Shown: positions 25,946-36,574, numbered from the stretch's first letter. The stretch: 64,000 nt of DNA from an uncultured Bacteroidota bacterium (GCA_963717445.1 OY970334.1:965798-1029797); one strand, 5' to 3'. Translations and numbers: made by a program. The notes: generated from the sequence alone by a model not told the origin.

Positions 25946-27802
25946 TTATCGGATGATGACTTCATCTTTTTTCACTTCCGGATCCAGCTCAACAGCCTGT
26001 TTCATTTTTGATAAGTCTGTTTCACTGATACCGATATTTTTCGTTTTACTTCCGCTTGCCTTTAGAAAAAGCTTTGCAGCCGGCGGAAATGAAATCTTCT
26101 TAAGTTGAACTGAATCGGCATTGTTTACGGTAAATGCCGGACCATTCGAAAATGACAACCGGACATTATTCATTTCGATATGTTCCGCATCCTGCAGCAA
26201 ACAACCTGTCGTAGAATTGATGGCGATGCCGTTTAGACGGACGTTCTTTACCGGCATTTCCGGCAACCCGCGAACGAACACTGCACCCCTTGCACCATCG
26301 CACGTAATATTTTGAATCTGAAAGTCGCGAAATTCCGGTGTGCGAATGACGTCCGGATTATTATCATTGTTTTGATCGTAGTACATATCGAAAAGAATCG
26401 CTTCGTTGACGATATCTTTCATCCGGATGCCGTCCACGTACACTTTTTCAACCACTCCACCTCGATCGCCAGCCGATTTGAAACGAAGACCGATATCGGT
26501 GCCGATGAACGTGCAGTTCTTGACTGAAATATTTCGTGCCCCGCCATACGACTCGGAACCGATCACGAACCCGCCATGGCCGTCGTAGACAATGCAGTCT
26601 GCAACAACGATGTTTTCGCATGCCGGGCTTCCAGAATTCGCATCGCTCGCCTTGCCCGGCTTCACACAGATAGCGTCATCCCCCACGCTCATCACTGTAT
26701 TGTAAAGGAGAAGGTTTCTGGTCGAGTTAATATCGATGGCGTCTGTGTTCTGCCCCCATGACGGGTTGTTCACGGTGACATTGCGGATGACAACCTCTTC
26801 ACATCGTGTCGGAGCCAGCGTCCATCCAGGCGCGTTAGTGAAGGTTGAACCGTCGAACAAGACTCGCTTGCAGTCATCCAACGCAACCATCACCGGCCGA
26901 AGGAATTCTCTTGCCCCTGCGATTTGCACCGGGGAAGGCTTCTTGTTGACTTTCTTCAAATCTTTCAGATAATCTTCTCCGTTCATCGCCTCTTTCGAAG
27001 GCCACCACATTTTTCCATCCGAAGTTACGGCCCCCCCCGATGCCACTAATTCTTTCCACTGCCGGTCCGTCAATTTCTCTTTCTTAACGGGATGCCAGTA
27101 CTGTCCGTTGCCGTCGATCAAACCTCTTCCGGTAATAGCAACATCGTGAAGACCGCTGCCATAGATCATCGGTACACATTTCTCCGAGATCTTCGGCCGT
27201 TTGAACATCGGATAGTCTTCGAACCGTTTGCTGAACAGAATCACGGCGCCACTGTCGAGATGAAATTCAATGTTGCTCTCCAATCTGATTGGGCCTGTAA
27301 GCCACATCCCCGGGGGGATCTCCACCACTCCACCCCCCTTAGCCAAACAGTGTTGAATCGTAGAAGCGATGGCGTCGGTATTCATGGTATTGCCGTCGCC
27401 GACTGCCCCAAAGTCCGTGATCGTAAGCCGGGTATTTGGAATGTCCGGAATTTCTATTTCCGGCATAGTGAAGGGAAGATTAGATGTATACGCCTTCACT
27501 GCAGGATCCGTCCCAGCGTCAATAGGACTTGGCACCGTGAAAAAAATCAAGACGATTATTGGAAGCCACCTCAACAATGCCTCGCTGGTTGCCCTTCGAC
27601 GCGTGGCACAAAACAACTGCGCCACTTGGTCAGAGTGAACAGATTCCTTGTTCATCCTGAGTAAGTGATCCTCGCCGAGTCGAGTCTTCGACCGCTCGAA
27701 GAGCGGGAGAACGCATCGAAGGATGGCTTTTCGTATTTTTGAGATGGCATCCGGTTTCATCAAAAGATTTCTTTTCATCGTAATTCCTTTTAGATGTGGC
27801 AC
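25946..27802 (-). CDS. Glycoside hydrolase family 28 (polygalacturonase-like)
   Basis: GH28 blocks NTDAIDI, GDDAICVK, GHGGFVIGSE and RFKS are present. The track start is a GTG and includes a ~100-aa N-terminal extension. The true start is probably an internal ATG before the hydrophobic segment WLPIIVLIFFTVP. Confidence 0.75.
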   Translation of the reverse strand: MPHLKGITMKRNLLMKPDAISKIRKAILRCVLPLFERSKTRLGEDHLLRMNKESVHSDQVAQLFCATRRRATSEALLRWLPIIVLIFFTVPSPIDAGTDPAVKAYTSNLPFTMPEIEIPDIPNTRLTITDFGAVGDGNTMNTDAIASTIQHCLAKGGGVVEIPPGMWLTGPIRLESNIEFHLDSGAVILFSKRFEDYPMFKRPKISEKCVPMIYGSGLHDVAITGRGLIDGNGQYWHPVKKEKLTDRQWKELVASGGAVTSDGKMWWPSKEAMNGEDYLKDLKKVNKKPSPVQIAGAREFLRPVMVALDDCKRVLFDGSTFTNAPGWTLAPTRCEEVVIRNVTVNNPSWGQNTDAIDINSTRNLLLYNTVMSVGDDAICVKPGKASDANSGSPACENIVVADCIVYDGHGGFVIGSESYGGARNISVKNCTFIGTDIGLRFKSAGDRGGVVEKVYVDGIRMKDIVNEAILFDMYYDQNNDNNPDVIRTPEFRDFQIQNITCDGARGAVFVRGLPEMPVKNVRLNGIAINSTTGCLLQDAEHIEMNNVRLSFSNGPAFTVNNADSVQLKKISFPPAAKLFLKASGSKTKNIGISETDLSKMKQAVELDPEVKKDEVIIR

Positions 27803-29334
27803 TATTCATCGCTCCTCACAGTTTTCGCATCCCGCAACAGCCAACGAAACAAATTCTCCGCTGCCTTATAGTTCTCGAACTCACCCGGTAATTTCCTGTT
27901 ACCATAGTATTCGTTGTAAAACCACGGGTCTCCGACCGCAACAACGCTTCCGTTCCCAAATTTCGAATAGCCGATGATCACGTCTCCTTTGTCTGCCAGA
28001 ATCGGCTCTGCATTTCCCGAGAGTTTCAATGTTGAAATCTCTTTGAGATAAATCTTGTTGACGCCGTTGAACATCGGATGCAATGGAAGATTGGCAAAAG
28101 CACCCATGTCGAAATTGTTTCCTTGAACTCGATTACGGCTATCTTCGTTGAAATGGATTCCAAATTGTTCCGCAAGCATATTGAGATGCTGGAATTCGGC
28201 GTTCCCTTTGTCGTTTCCAAACAAGAGAAGAATCCCTCCGTTGCGTACCCATTCAACGATGGCCCTCCTCGCCGATGCTTCGATATAGTTGGGATGAGCG
28301 CTCTCTAACGGAGTGTCCGGGTCGACAATCATGTAGATACTTGCACGCGACAAATTTTCCGGGGTCGGCTCGACCTCAAGAGTGTCGACATCGGCTCCCA
28401 ATTCCATAATCGTTTTTCCCAGCTCGGAAAACCCGGAGTTGGCCGTATCTTCCCATACATAGTGATAGCGAATAGGTAGGTTATCTGGACCGGCCTTCCT
28501 TTCATTGTTGAAGAAATAATCGAGGAGGACGAGCTTACCCTTCCCGACATCCGGCGAGAGGTCCGTCGTCAACAACATCGATTCAACCGAAAGATGGAGC
28601 TCCTTGATACCGTCAACGACCAAACTTGCAATCGTCTTCGCCCCCTCAAACGTGAAATGAGTATTATCCTGCTTACCATCCGGCAAGGCTTTGTATTTTC
28701 CGGGTGGAACCCAAAGAAAAAGGCTTTTCGATTTTTCGGGACCAAGATCGCCGATCAATGCAATGCTCTTAGCATCTAGGTCAATCAGCGGAACTTGTTC
28801 CTCCTTTGCGACTTGCCGAACAACTTCAGAATATTCTTTATGTGTCTCAAGCGCCTTGTTATCTCGATCAAATTTTCTTCGAGCGACAGGCGTGAGAAGA
28901 AGCGGGAGTGCGCCTTTCATTCGAGTCTCATGGACGAATTTTAGAAGATTATTCCTGTACTCGGTTTCGGGAGCTGCATATCTGGAAGTATCATTTTTCT
29001 TTTCGTCGTTATGTCCGAACTGGATGAAGACGTAATCACCCGGCTTAAGCTTGTCGAGAACAATTTGCCATCGTCCCTGATTGAGGAAACTCCTCGTGCT
29101 CCTCCCGTTCACCGCATGGTTCTCGATAGCCACACGGTGGTCGAAGAACATCGGAAATACCTGTCCCCATCCCCGTTCAGGGTTATCGACGAGCGGTTTG
29201 TCTGCCATCGTTGAGTCGCCCACGAGAAATATCCTTACAGCAGAACCGGAGAAGAGAAACCCGCACAGCACGACGGCACTCATGACGAGAACGGCGAAAC
29301 AGAAGAAAAGCTTTTCCGAGGTTCGATGTTTCAT
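27802..29334 (-). CDS. SGNH/GDSL hydrolase, rhamnogalacturonan acetylesterase-like (CE12), fused to a ~250-aa C-terminal domain of unclear function
   Basis: Signal peptide/TM, then IFLVGDSTMADK...GWGQ, the block I/II of an SGNH esterase. The C-terminal half has a GATase1-like / DUF4350-like appearance. ATG at 29334. Confidence 0.6.
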   Translation of the reverse strand: MKHRTSEKLFFCFAVLVMSAVVLCGFLFSGSAVRIFLVGDSTMADKPLVDNPERGWGQVFPMFFDHRVAIENHAVNGRSTRSFLNQGRWQIVLDKLKPGDYVFIQFGHNDEKKNDTSRYAAPETEYRNNLLKFVHETRMKGALPLLLTPVARRKFDRDNKALETHKEYSEVVRQVAKEEQVPLIDLDAKSIALIGDLGPEKSKSLFLWVPPGKYKALPDGKQDNTHFTFEGAKTIASLVVDGIKELHLSVESMLLTTDLSPDVGKGKLVLLDYFFNNERKAGPDNLPIRYHYVWEDTANSGFSELGKTIMELGADVDTLEVEPTPENLSRASIYMIVDPDTPLESAHPNYIEASARRAIVEWVRNGGILLLFGNDKGNAEFQHLNMLAEQFGIHFNEDSRNRVQGNNFDMGAFANLPLHPMFNGVNKIYLKEISTLKLSGNAEPILADKGDVIIGYSKFGNGSVVAVGDPWFYNEYYGNRKLPGEFENYKAAENLFRWLLRDAKTVRSDE

Positions 29335-29337
29335 GTA

Positions 29338-30405
29338 TTATTTAGCCTCAACAGCGATTTTTTTCTGTAGCGAGAGGGGGTTGCACGTTTCTCTCAGAGT
29401 TAAACTCGCGGGGATCACGATGTGACGTTCTTTTTGTTTTTCATGACTCTTGATGACGTTGAGAATCGTGCGAACCGCCGTTATACCGAGTTCCCGTGTC
29501 GGCTGGTTCACGCAACTCAAAGCGGGCGAAAGCAAATGACTCATATCACTGTCTCCGAAGCACATGATGTCGATATCATCAGGAATTTTCAGCGCCAGTT
29601 TTTTTGCCGCTTCGTAGACTCCGAGCGCCACAGGATATGTTGCGGCAAAAATGAATTCCGGCAGCGTCCCCTTGTCATAGAGTTGCATGAATCCGTCGTA
29701 GCCATCTTTTGTTCCGAAGCCGCCGGGGACTATCCACTCCTGGCGAATCGGAATATTATGGCTTTTCAGCGCCTCTTCGAACCCAAGGAGGCGATTCTTG
29801 CCGATATTGATCCATGGATTCCCACCCCCGATAAATCCGAGCTTCCGGTGGCCTGCGTTGACGATCGCATGTTCCACGGCGTTGCGCGTCCCCTGCCGGT
29901 CGTCAATCAGGACCGAGTCGAAACCAAAAAGCTTCGGCTCCGGCATGCGGTCGACAAAAAGGAGAGGAACGCCCATCTTCTTCACCCATTGAAAGATGTC
30001 GAGGTTTTTCGTTTCCTGGGAAATTGAGATGATGATTCCGTCGACCCTCATTGAGATGAGCGTCTCGATATGCTTCCTCTCCCGTTCTTCGTTTTCCTGC
30101 GAAACGGTTAAGATCGTTTCGTAATTATTCTCAAACGCGGTGTTGTACACCGCCTCGATCAGCGATCCGAAGAAAAAGTGTGCAATTTTCGGGACCACGA
30201 AGCCGAGCATGTTCGAACGGCGCGCCGAGAGATTGCGTGCCATATAGTTCGGGCTGTAGCCCAATTCTTTGGCGATGCGCCTTACTTTCTTGGCAGTCTC
30301 ATCGGAAATATCGGAGTGACCTCGCAAGGCCTTTGAGACCGTTACCCTTGAAACTTTGAGCTTCCTGGCTATATCATCCAATGTAACATGGGCACTGCGT
30401 TTCAC
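29338..30405 (-). CDS. LacI-family transcriptional regulator
   Basis: N-terminal HTH VTLDDIARKLKVSRVTVSKALRG followed by a periplasmic-binding-protein-like sugar-binding core. Confidence 0.85.
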   Translation of the reverse strand: MKRSAHVTLDDIARKLKVSRVTVSKALRGHSDISDETAKKVRRIAKELGYSPNYMARNLSARRSNMLGFVVPKIAHFFFGSLIEAVYNTAFENNYETILTVSQENEERERKHIETLISMRVDGIIISISQETKNLDIFQWVKKMGVPLLFVDRMPEPKLFGFDSVLIDDRQGTRNAVEHAIVNAGHRKLGFIGGGNPWINIGKNRLLGFEEALKSHNIPIRQEWIVPGGFGTKDGYDGFMQLYDKGTLPEFIFAATYPVALGVYEAAKKLALKIPDDIDIMCFGDSDMSHLLSPALSCVNQPTRELGITAVRTILNVIKSHEKQKERHIVIPASLTLRETCNPLSLQKKIAVEAK

Positions 30406-30447
30406 GTGTAGCCTCCTTTGAAATTAATCGTACGAGATGTGTAATAT

Positions 30448-31671
30448 TCATTTGCCTCCCCGGAGTGTACTGGGCGCTTGTCCTTTTTCGATTTCTATGG
30501 CGGCAAGAAGAAATGCGCCGATGCCCCGCAGGTCGTTTGTTCTCCTCGGCACGCCGGTATAATATTCATAGCTTCCGTTGCGGTACGGCTGATTTCCAAG
30601 TCCAACGCTCCCGCATACCTCATGCAAACCGATATCACCGTTCTCATCGGTCGTCGTGAAATGTTTCACTATCCCTTCAAAGGACTCCCGCGCCGCCGCG
30701 TAGAACTTCTTGTTTAGGTATCCTTTATTTGCACCTTTCGCAAAAACATAGGTGAACATTGCAGACGCCGACGCCTCCTGAAAATTTTTCGTTTTTCCCG
30801 GCTTATCAACTACTTGCCACCATAATTTTGAATCTGCATCGCGGAATGCCAGGATTGCGTCCGCCAATCGGCGGAGAATGCCGATCAGTTTTTCGCGTTG
30901 AGGATGATCCTCCGGAAAATAATCGAGCACATCCACCAGTCCCATCGCATACCAACCCATTGCACGTCCCCAAAAACTCGGCGAGGTACCGCTTTTGGGA
31001 TTTGCCCACCGTTGCTGTTTACTTTCATCCCAGCCATGGTAGAGAAGTCCGGTCGCAGAATCGCGGACATGCTTTTCCATCCAAATAAACTGATGTGCGA
31101 TATCATCAAAGTCCTCGGGCTCGTTGTAGTATGCTGCGTAGATTGCATAGAATGGTTCTGCCATGTAAAGACCGTCAAGCCACATCTGGTTTGGATAAAT
31201 TTTCTTGTGCCAGAACCCGCCTTCGTGAGTTCGCGGCTGTTCGCGGAGCTGCATCCGCAGCGCGTCGACAGCATTCTTGTACTTCTGCTCCCCAGTGCTT
31301 TTCTGAAGATAGAGCAATTGCCTTCCCGAAGCGATGAGATCAAGGCTGTAGTCTGTCATCGTATATGTTCTTATCCTGCCATCATCATCAAGGAAATAAT
31401 CGAGATTTTGTCGCATGCGGTCAAAATATTTTTTATTTCCCGTTGTCTGCCACATTTGATACAATGCCTCAAAAATCACCGCCTGGTCGTAATTCCATTT
31501 CAGTGTTCTTTTTTCCGGCACGGCAAATATCGTATCGGGATTTGCCGCAAGGAAACTTTCGGCAATTCTCACCGACCAGGGAACTGCACTTTTGTTCTCG
31601 CCGCCGGGTGCAAGACCCCCGCACAGCAGGAGAAACACAAATATCGAACGTATGGTCCTCTTTGACTTCAT
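30448..31671 (-). CDS. Unsaturated rhamnogalacturonyl / glucuronyl hydrolase (GH105, YteR-like)
   Basis: Signal peptide, then the YteR-like alpha6/alpha6 core: NYDQAVIFEALYQMW, WLDGLYMAEPFY, WGRAMGWYAMGLVDVLDY. Confidence 0.75.
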   Translation of the reverse strand: MKSKRTIRSIFVFLLLCGGLAPGGENKSAVPWSVRIAESFLAANPDTIFAVPEKRTLKWNYDQAVIFEALYQMWQTTGNKKYFDRMRQNLDYFLDDDGRIRTYTMTDYSLDLIASGRQLLYLQKSTGEQKYKNAVDALRMQLREQPRTHEGGFWHKKIYPNQMWLDGLYMAEPFYAIYAAYYNEPEDFDDIAHQFIWMEKHVRDSATGLLYHGWDESKQQRWANPKSGTSPSFWGRAMGWYAMGLVDVLDYFPEDHPQREKLIGILRRLADAILAFRDADSKLWWQVVDKPGKTKNFQEASASAMFTYVFAKGANKGYLNKKFYAAARESFEGIVKHFTTTDENGDIGLHEVCGSVGLGNQPYRNGSYEYYTGVPRRTNDLRGIGAFLLAAIEIEKGQAPSTLRGGK

Positions 31672-31676
31672 CTATA

Positions 31677-33446
31677 TTATCGCATGAGGAGAAGTTTGAT
31701 AGACTGCTCTTGACCGCCGGCATTTAGCCTGCAAATGTACACTCCACTTGCCCAGCGATCCGCTGAAACCAGCACGCTGTATTCGCCCGGACCGCGAACA
31801 CCCTGGTCGAGGAGGGAGATTTTCCTTCCGAGGATATCGAAAAACTCCAGTACTGCATGCATCGTTGCAGAGAGTCGATACCGGACTATTGTCGCAGGGT
31901 TAAATGGATTCGGATAATTTTGATACAGCTCAAAAGCGGCTGGAACCAAGCTTCGTCCGGCGGGCACAGCAGTTGGCGTGCCGGCCAGTTCGTTGAGATA
32001 TTCTTCGAGTTTGGTGTATCCGCTCGCGTCAACGATATTCCGGTCTAAAGGATCGTACGGGTTCAAGCCGTGTGCGATTTCCCATGTATCGGGCATGCCG
32101 TCATGATCAGAATCGGGCGGAGCAGGGAGCGAATTAAGCACCGGCCAGCCCCCGACATCGCTTTGGGAATCAATGATACCATGAGGAACGGTTGTATCAA
32201 GACCGTTGCTTATTTCATACGCATGAGTATGGCCGCTGTATGTTGCGGTCCGATGTGCAACTTCGTACACAATTCGGCTATCTATCGTGTCGCGCTTCGG
32301 GAGCGTGGCGCCCGCATTCGCTAACACGAGCGTATATGCATCCTGCGGCGAATTTGTTGTCACTTCGGGAAAAGGAAATGGAGTAAATGCTTGTGCGGTG
32401 CTCATCCTGAAACCGGAGTATTGCGGCGCAACCCCTTTCCAGTTGTCGTAGGTGACCGCTGTGTCCCCGTCAACATAATTTCCGGCGATGTAAAACGTAC
32501 CTGTTGAATCACCCGATCCGTATGGGTTAAAAATTCTGCTCTTCACATCGGCTTTCGTAGCGGGTCCGTATTTGTAATAATTGTTAACGATATTGATTTC
32601 GCTCTCCTCACCTCCATACGAACTGTTAAAGCCCCAGTTGTAAATCACGTTGTTCCGGAAATCGAGATTCTGCGAAGAGTCTGTGCCCGAGCCTGCCGGA
32701 GTTGGTCCGGAGAAGCGCGGGTTTCTGCTCGAGTGGTGAGCGAATAAATTGTGATGGTACGTCGAATTGAAACCTCCCCAAATTCCGCCGTAGCCGTGAG
32801 CTCCCTTTGGATCGTAACTATTATAAAGGCTTTCGCTGATAAGACACCACTGGATCGTGAGACTGTCATATCCGTAAAATGAAAGGGATTCGTCGAGACT
32901 CCAACTTGCAGAGCAATGGTCAACGATAATATCTTTCTTGTTGTGTGAAATTTGACTATACCCGTTGATCGCATCGTCAACAGGCTTGCCGGCTCCCTGA
33001 TCGCCGAACCGGGATCGGATGTATCGGATAATAACTTGATTCGCGCTGACGTTGAACGTGAAATTTCTCAGGCAGATTCCGTCTCCCGGAGCAGTCTGGC
33101 CGGCTACCGTGATTGAATCTTTCGTAATTTTCAAAGGCTCAACCAGTGCGATAGTGCCTGAAACGCGGAAGACAACGGTCCTCGCCCCGCTCTGATTGAT
33201 TGCCCATCGAAGTGTGCCGACAACGTTGGTGGCGGTCGTGTCGAGTAGCGTCGTTACTTCCAGCACTTTCCCGCCACGTCCGCCCCATGTGTACATTCCG
33301 CCCCCCTCCGCTCCGGGAAAGGCAAGTTGCTGCGGAAAGACCGATGGCACAGCAACGCACAACAGCATCACTGACGGCAACAAAATCCTGAACCTATTAC
33401 GACAAACCATGGTTTCCTTCATTTGAGAAACAAAGAGGTGCAACAC
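31677..33446 (-). CDS. Pectate lyase (PL1-like) with type A T9SS C-terminal domain
   Basis: AFPGAEGGGMYTWGGRGGKV...TLRWAIN...RTVVFRVSGTI...VAGQTAPGDGI is the PL1 N-terminal signature. The C-terminus reads LYQNYPNPFNPATIVRY...GVYICRL...IKLLLMR. The true start is probably an internal ATG (MKETMV or MVCRNRF, ~33410-33422). Confidence 0.75.
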   Translation of the reverse strand: MLHLFVSQMKETMVCRNRFRILLPSVMLLCVAVPSVFPQQLAFPGAEGGGMYTWGGRGGKVLEVTTLLDTTATNVVGTLRWAINQSGARTVVFRVSGTIALVEPLKITKDSITVAGQTAPGDGICLRNFTFNVSANQVIIRYIRSRFGDQGAGKPVDDAINGYSQISHNKKDIIVDHCSASWSLDESLSFYGYDSLTIQWCLISESLYNSYDPKGAHGYGGIWGGFNSTYHHNLFAHHSSRNPRFSGPTPAGSGTDSSQNLDFRNNVIYNWGFNSSYGGEESEINIVNNYYKYGPATKADVKSRIFNPYGSGDSTGTFYIAGNYVDGDTAVTYDNWKGVAPQYSGFRMSTAQAFTPFPFPEVTTNSPQDAYTLVLANAGATLPKRDTIDSRIVYEVAHRTATYSGHTHAYEISNGLDTTVPHGIIDSQSDVGGWPVLNSLPAPPDSDHDGMPDTWEIAHGLNPYDPLDRNIVDASGYTKLEEYLNELAGTPTAVPAGRSLVPAAFELYQNYPNPFNPATIVRYRLSATMHAVLEFFDILGRKISLLDQGVRGPGEYSVLVSADRWASGVYICRLNAGGQEQSIKLLLMR

Positions 33447-33465
33447 CTCTTCCTAGCTCATGATG

Positions 33466-34998
33466 TTACTTTACCAGCATCATGCGCTTGATATCAACCG
33501 AACTGCCGGCTTGAATTCTGCAAAGGTAAATTCCCGAGCTGAGCCTCGACGCATCGAACGACAAAGAATAAACTCCTGCACTTTCATAACCGGAGAACAA
33601 GGTCATTACCTCCTGCCCGAGAATATTGAAGACCTTCGCTGTAACAAAAGCAACTCGCGGAATGCCGTACGATATTTTTGTCGACGGGTTGAAGGGGTTA
33701 GGATAATTCTGGTCGACAAAAAATCTTTGCGGGAGCGACGCCCGATCCGCCGGAACGAGCGTGACCGGGATCTTCAAGATTCCCCCCCCGTATGAGATTG
33801 TCGCATTCGGGCCGAGTGTGAAAGGAATCGTATTGTCGAACTGGCCCGCCGTCAGAGTGAGAATCCCGTTGATGGTCGTTGCCTGAGAAAGCGTAACGCC
33901 CATTGCGTTATTGATCGTCAGGTTGTTGACTGTGGCAGGCATGAGCAATCCCGTCACCTGCGCCGAATCGCCATCAAACGTGTAATTGGCAGCACTGCTC
34001 AATATCTTTGCCCCTCCGTTGTTGAGGTTCCCCTCGAAACCTTTTGGAGATCCTGTGATCAATGTCCCGCCAGCTTCAAGCGTGAAACGAATATAGGCGC
34101 TTGCGCCGAAAGAGCTGGTATCCATATCGACGATCGCACCGTTTCGAATGTCGAAATAGATGTTCGACATTGAGCCGACTGAGCCGGCCTTGACAAACGA
34201 TTGCAATTTCGTTCCATTGATTATTAACGAGTCGGGTTTCGTCGAATCGGAATTTGTAGTAAATGTTCCACCGAGTGCGCCAATATTTCCTCCAACAAAC
34301 CAGTTACACGTAGCTCCGCTTCCATTCGCGAGCTGGAATTTTCCGTTTGAGATAATGCTGCCTTTGAGATTGACTACCACAGTGTCTATACCACTTGAAC
34401 CAGTCGCAGTAAGGTAGCCGGTTGAATCATCGATGACTATGTCGCCGTCAATAGTAACTGTCTCGAACGTTGGTGCAACTCCACTCGCTGTGAAACGGAA
34501 CGCTTGCGAGTTTGATTTCATAACCCTCACGGTTCCCCCGATTGTATTCCCGTTCATCGCAAGGTTTAATCCCGCACTCTGACCAGGGCAGTTCCATGTC
34601 AGGTTGTAGAAATTTTGATTGCCGTTTGAAGGTGCTTTGCTCGTGACGCTATCGATGAGGCAGGTCGAACCTGTGCCCCACGTTGCCTTGGGAAGCATGC
34701 CGCCGTTGATGTCATGCTCATAAATTCCATTGTTGCCGAATACGACCTTCGAAGAATCGAATGTGCCAATTCTTCCGCTGAACGATCTCAGCGTGCCTGT
34801 GATTGTGACAGGAACATCCAAATAGATGGAGTCAGTGCTCTGAATGGTGATCGTCCCCGAACCTGTCGGAACGTTTCCCCCTGTCCATGTCGCCGACGCG
34901 CTCCAGTTCCCGCCTCCCGTTCCGTTGCTTGTCTGCGCAACGCCGAAACCGTAGCAGAGGAGCAAGAGCATTCCTGCAATAAGTTGCGTTCGTTTCAT
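33466..34998 (-). CDS. Secreted protein, a single copy of the module duplicated in 20693..24526, with type A T9SS C-terminal domain
   Basis: NGTGGGNWSASATWTGGNVP...KATWGTGSTCLIDSVTS...QNFYNLTWNCPGQSAGLNL parallels ...ATWKTGSTCLITGITSS...QAFYNLTVNCPSWSGNLNL in the 1277-aa protein. The C-terminus reads VDQNYPNPFNPSTKISY...GIYLCRI...IKRMMLVK. Confidence 0.6.
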   Translation of the reverse strand: MKRTQLIAGMLLLLCYGFGVAQTSNGTGGGNWSASATWTGGNVPTGSGTITIQSTDSIYLDVPVTITGTLRSFSGRIGTFDSSKVVFGNNGIYEHDINGGMLPKATWGTGSTCLIDSVTSKAPSNGNQNFYNLTWNCPGQSAGLNLAMNGNTIGGTVRVMKSNSQAFRFTASGVAPTFETVTIDGDIVIDDSTGYLTATGSSGIDTVVVNLKGSIISNGKFQLANGSGATCNWFVGGNIGALGGTFTTNSDSTKPDSLIINGTKLQSFVKAGSVGSMSNIYFDIRNGAIVDMDTSSFGASAYIRFTLEAGGTLITGSPKGFEGNLNNGGAKILSSAANYTFDGDSAQVTGLLMPATVNNLTINNAMGVTLSQATTINGILTLTAGQFDNTIPFTLGPNATISYGGGILKIPVTLVPADRASLPQRFFVDQNYPNPFNPSTKISYGIPRVAFVTAKVFNILGQEVMTLFSGYESAGVYSLSFDASRLSSGIYLCRIQAGSSVDIKRMMLVK

Positions 34999-35086
34999 AA
35001 GATGTCTCCTTAAAAAGATTTCAAAAAAAATCGTTTTGTTTAGAGTGATTTTGCTCCGATATAAAAAATCATGCCGCGCATTTCCT

Positions 35087-36574
35087 TTACCAAGGAATGC
35101 CGTAGGAAAAATCGGCTACAATGGTATGCCGGATGTCTCCATTGATGCTGATGGCGTCCGCCCATGTATCGGTGTACTTCATGTTCGAATACTCATACGC
35201 GAGATTGACAGTCCCCCCAGCGATCATGACGCCGACGCCGAAAGAATAGACCGAATAGGTCACCGGTTCTCCTTCAAGAGGATTTCCTTCCGGCTCGTAC
35301 ACTTCGGCTTCTTCTCTAGCACCACCACGCAGCATAAGCCAGGAGAACGCAGAGAATTCAAACCCTGCGTGAAAAAGATTTGCCGACAACCACGGATTTG
35401 TCGTCGACCCTGTGGAATTGGTGAACGTCGTCGAAGCGTATGGTCGAATTTCATATCCCATACCGAGCAACAAGTTTTCCCTGAGAGCGATGGATATCCC
35501 GAGCGTACCGCGGAAGGGAATAACAGTTTTATCCTGGCCGCTGATGATCTCGGTCCTCGATGAGCCTGTAGTGTCAGTTTGAATTTCGGTATTGAATTTC
35601 CGCGTGATCGTTGTTGGAACTTTTGCCGAGAAGCCCAGGGTTACATAGCGGCTATGGTATAATCCGCTGAACGTGATTTCTTGGCCGCTGTAATCCAACG
35701 TCCCGGTGGAGATGACCCGGTTATAGATTGAATCCAGCCGGAAATACGAACTATAAAATATCAGCTTTCCCCGGTCGACTCGCGACTCAAAATCATTGCT
35801 GCTTCCGCTCAGAATCATTCCGCTCACGCCGATTGAAATCTTCTCGGAAAGCGCCGCGGAAAGAGCGAGGCCGTAGCCGTAAATCGAACCTACGCGCGAT
35901 TGGATATTCTGATACCATTGAACCGGTATCGCCAGTGAGTCGCTATTGTTGGCAGGAATAGTCAACGTACCGTTCTTCACGGAAAGTATGGATGGAGATA
36001 AAACATTGTTGTTCTGGAAATACCAGTCGAGGTCCGCATATTCGACCGAACCGATCCCTACGCCGAACTTCATTCCATTGAAAGTAAAGGGGAAGCCCGC
36101 AAAGCCCTGAACGGAAGGTATTTTCGACTTCGCATGAGACCAGTTTGGACCGATGTTGTCATACGGACGTTGAACCGTATCCCCCGCGTTGTACGTTGTT
36201 CCAGTATCGTACTTTGGGGTACTAATATAACCGGTCAATCCTTCCATAAGGAGGCTGAAGTTCGAGTAATATTTCAGGGGGGAGTATTGTTGCGTCTGCT
36301 CTTCACTCGACGAAAGTTGGTAATCACCGATTGAGACCTGAAGTCCCTGGAGCGACTGCAACGAAGCAGGATCGCTGAACATCAGACTGACATCGTTCCC
36401 TAGGCCGATAACGATGCCCCCGGCTCCGCGCGAAGCAGCCGACTGCGGGGTAAAATGGTCAAGCCCCTGAATCGTCAACGGCTGGCCGAAGCCCTGCGCA
36501 AAGATATTCGGCACAGCAAGGAATAACAGCAACAACATCTCGAAAAATAGGAATATCGAAAAGCATCGCTTCAT
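35087..36574 (-). CDS. Outer-membrane beta-barrel protein, FadL/PorV-like
   Basis: Signal peptide, then AASRGAGGIVIGLGNDVSLMFSDPASL, the FadL/PorV-type N-terminal motif. The rest alternates amphipathic strands and ends FSYGIPW. Its start codon shares a base with the stop of the upstream barrel gene. Confidence 0.45.
   Translation of the reverse strand: MKRCFSIFLFFEMLLLLFLAVPNIFAQGFGQPLTIQGLDHFTPQSAASRGAGGIVIGLGNDVSLMFSDPASLQSLQGLQVSIGDYQLSSSEEQTQQYSPLKYYSNFSLLMEGLTGYISTPKYDTGTTYNAGDTVQRPYDNIGPNWSHAKSKIPSVQGFAGFPFTFNGMKFGVGIGSVEYADLDWYFQNNNVLSPSILSVKNGTLTIPANNSDSLAIPVQWYQNIQSRVGSIYGYGLALSAALSEKISIGVSGMILSGSSNDFESRVDRGKLIFYSSYFRLDSIYNRVISTGTLDYSGQEITFSGLYHSRYVTLGFSAKVPTTITRKFNTEIQTDTTGSSRTEIISGQDKTVIPFRGTLGISIALRENLLLGMGYEIRPYASTTFTNSTGSTTNPWLSANLFHAGFEFSAFSWLMLRGGAREEAEVYEPEGNPLEGEPVTYSVYSFGVGVMIAGGTVNLAYEYSNMKYTDTWADAISINGDIRHTIVADFSYGIPW

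Noticed and set aside
25946-27802. Possible Tat signal (TRRRATSEALLRWLPIIVLIFF) in the N-terminal extension of the GH28 protein
   Set aside because: The track start is a GTG and the true start is unresolved. RRR followed by a hydrophobic stretch is suggestive, but the canonical S/T-R-R-x-F-L-K pattern is not met.
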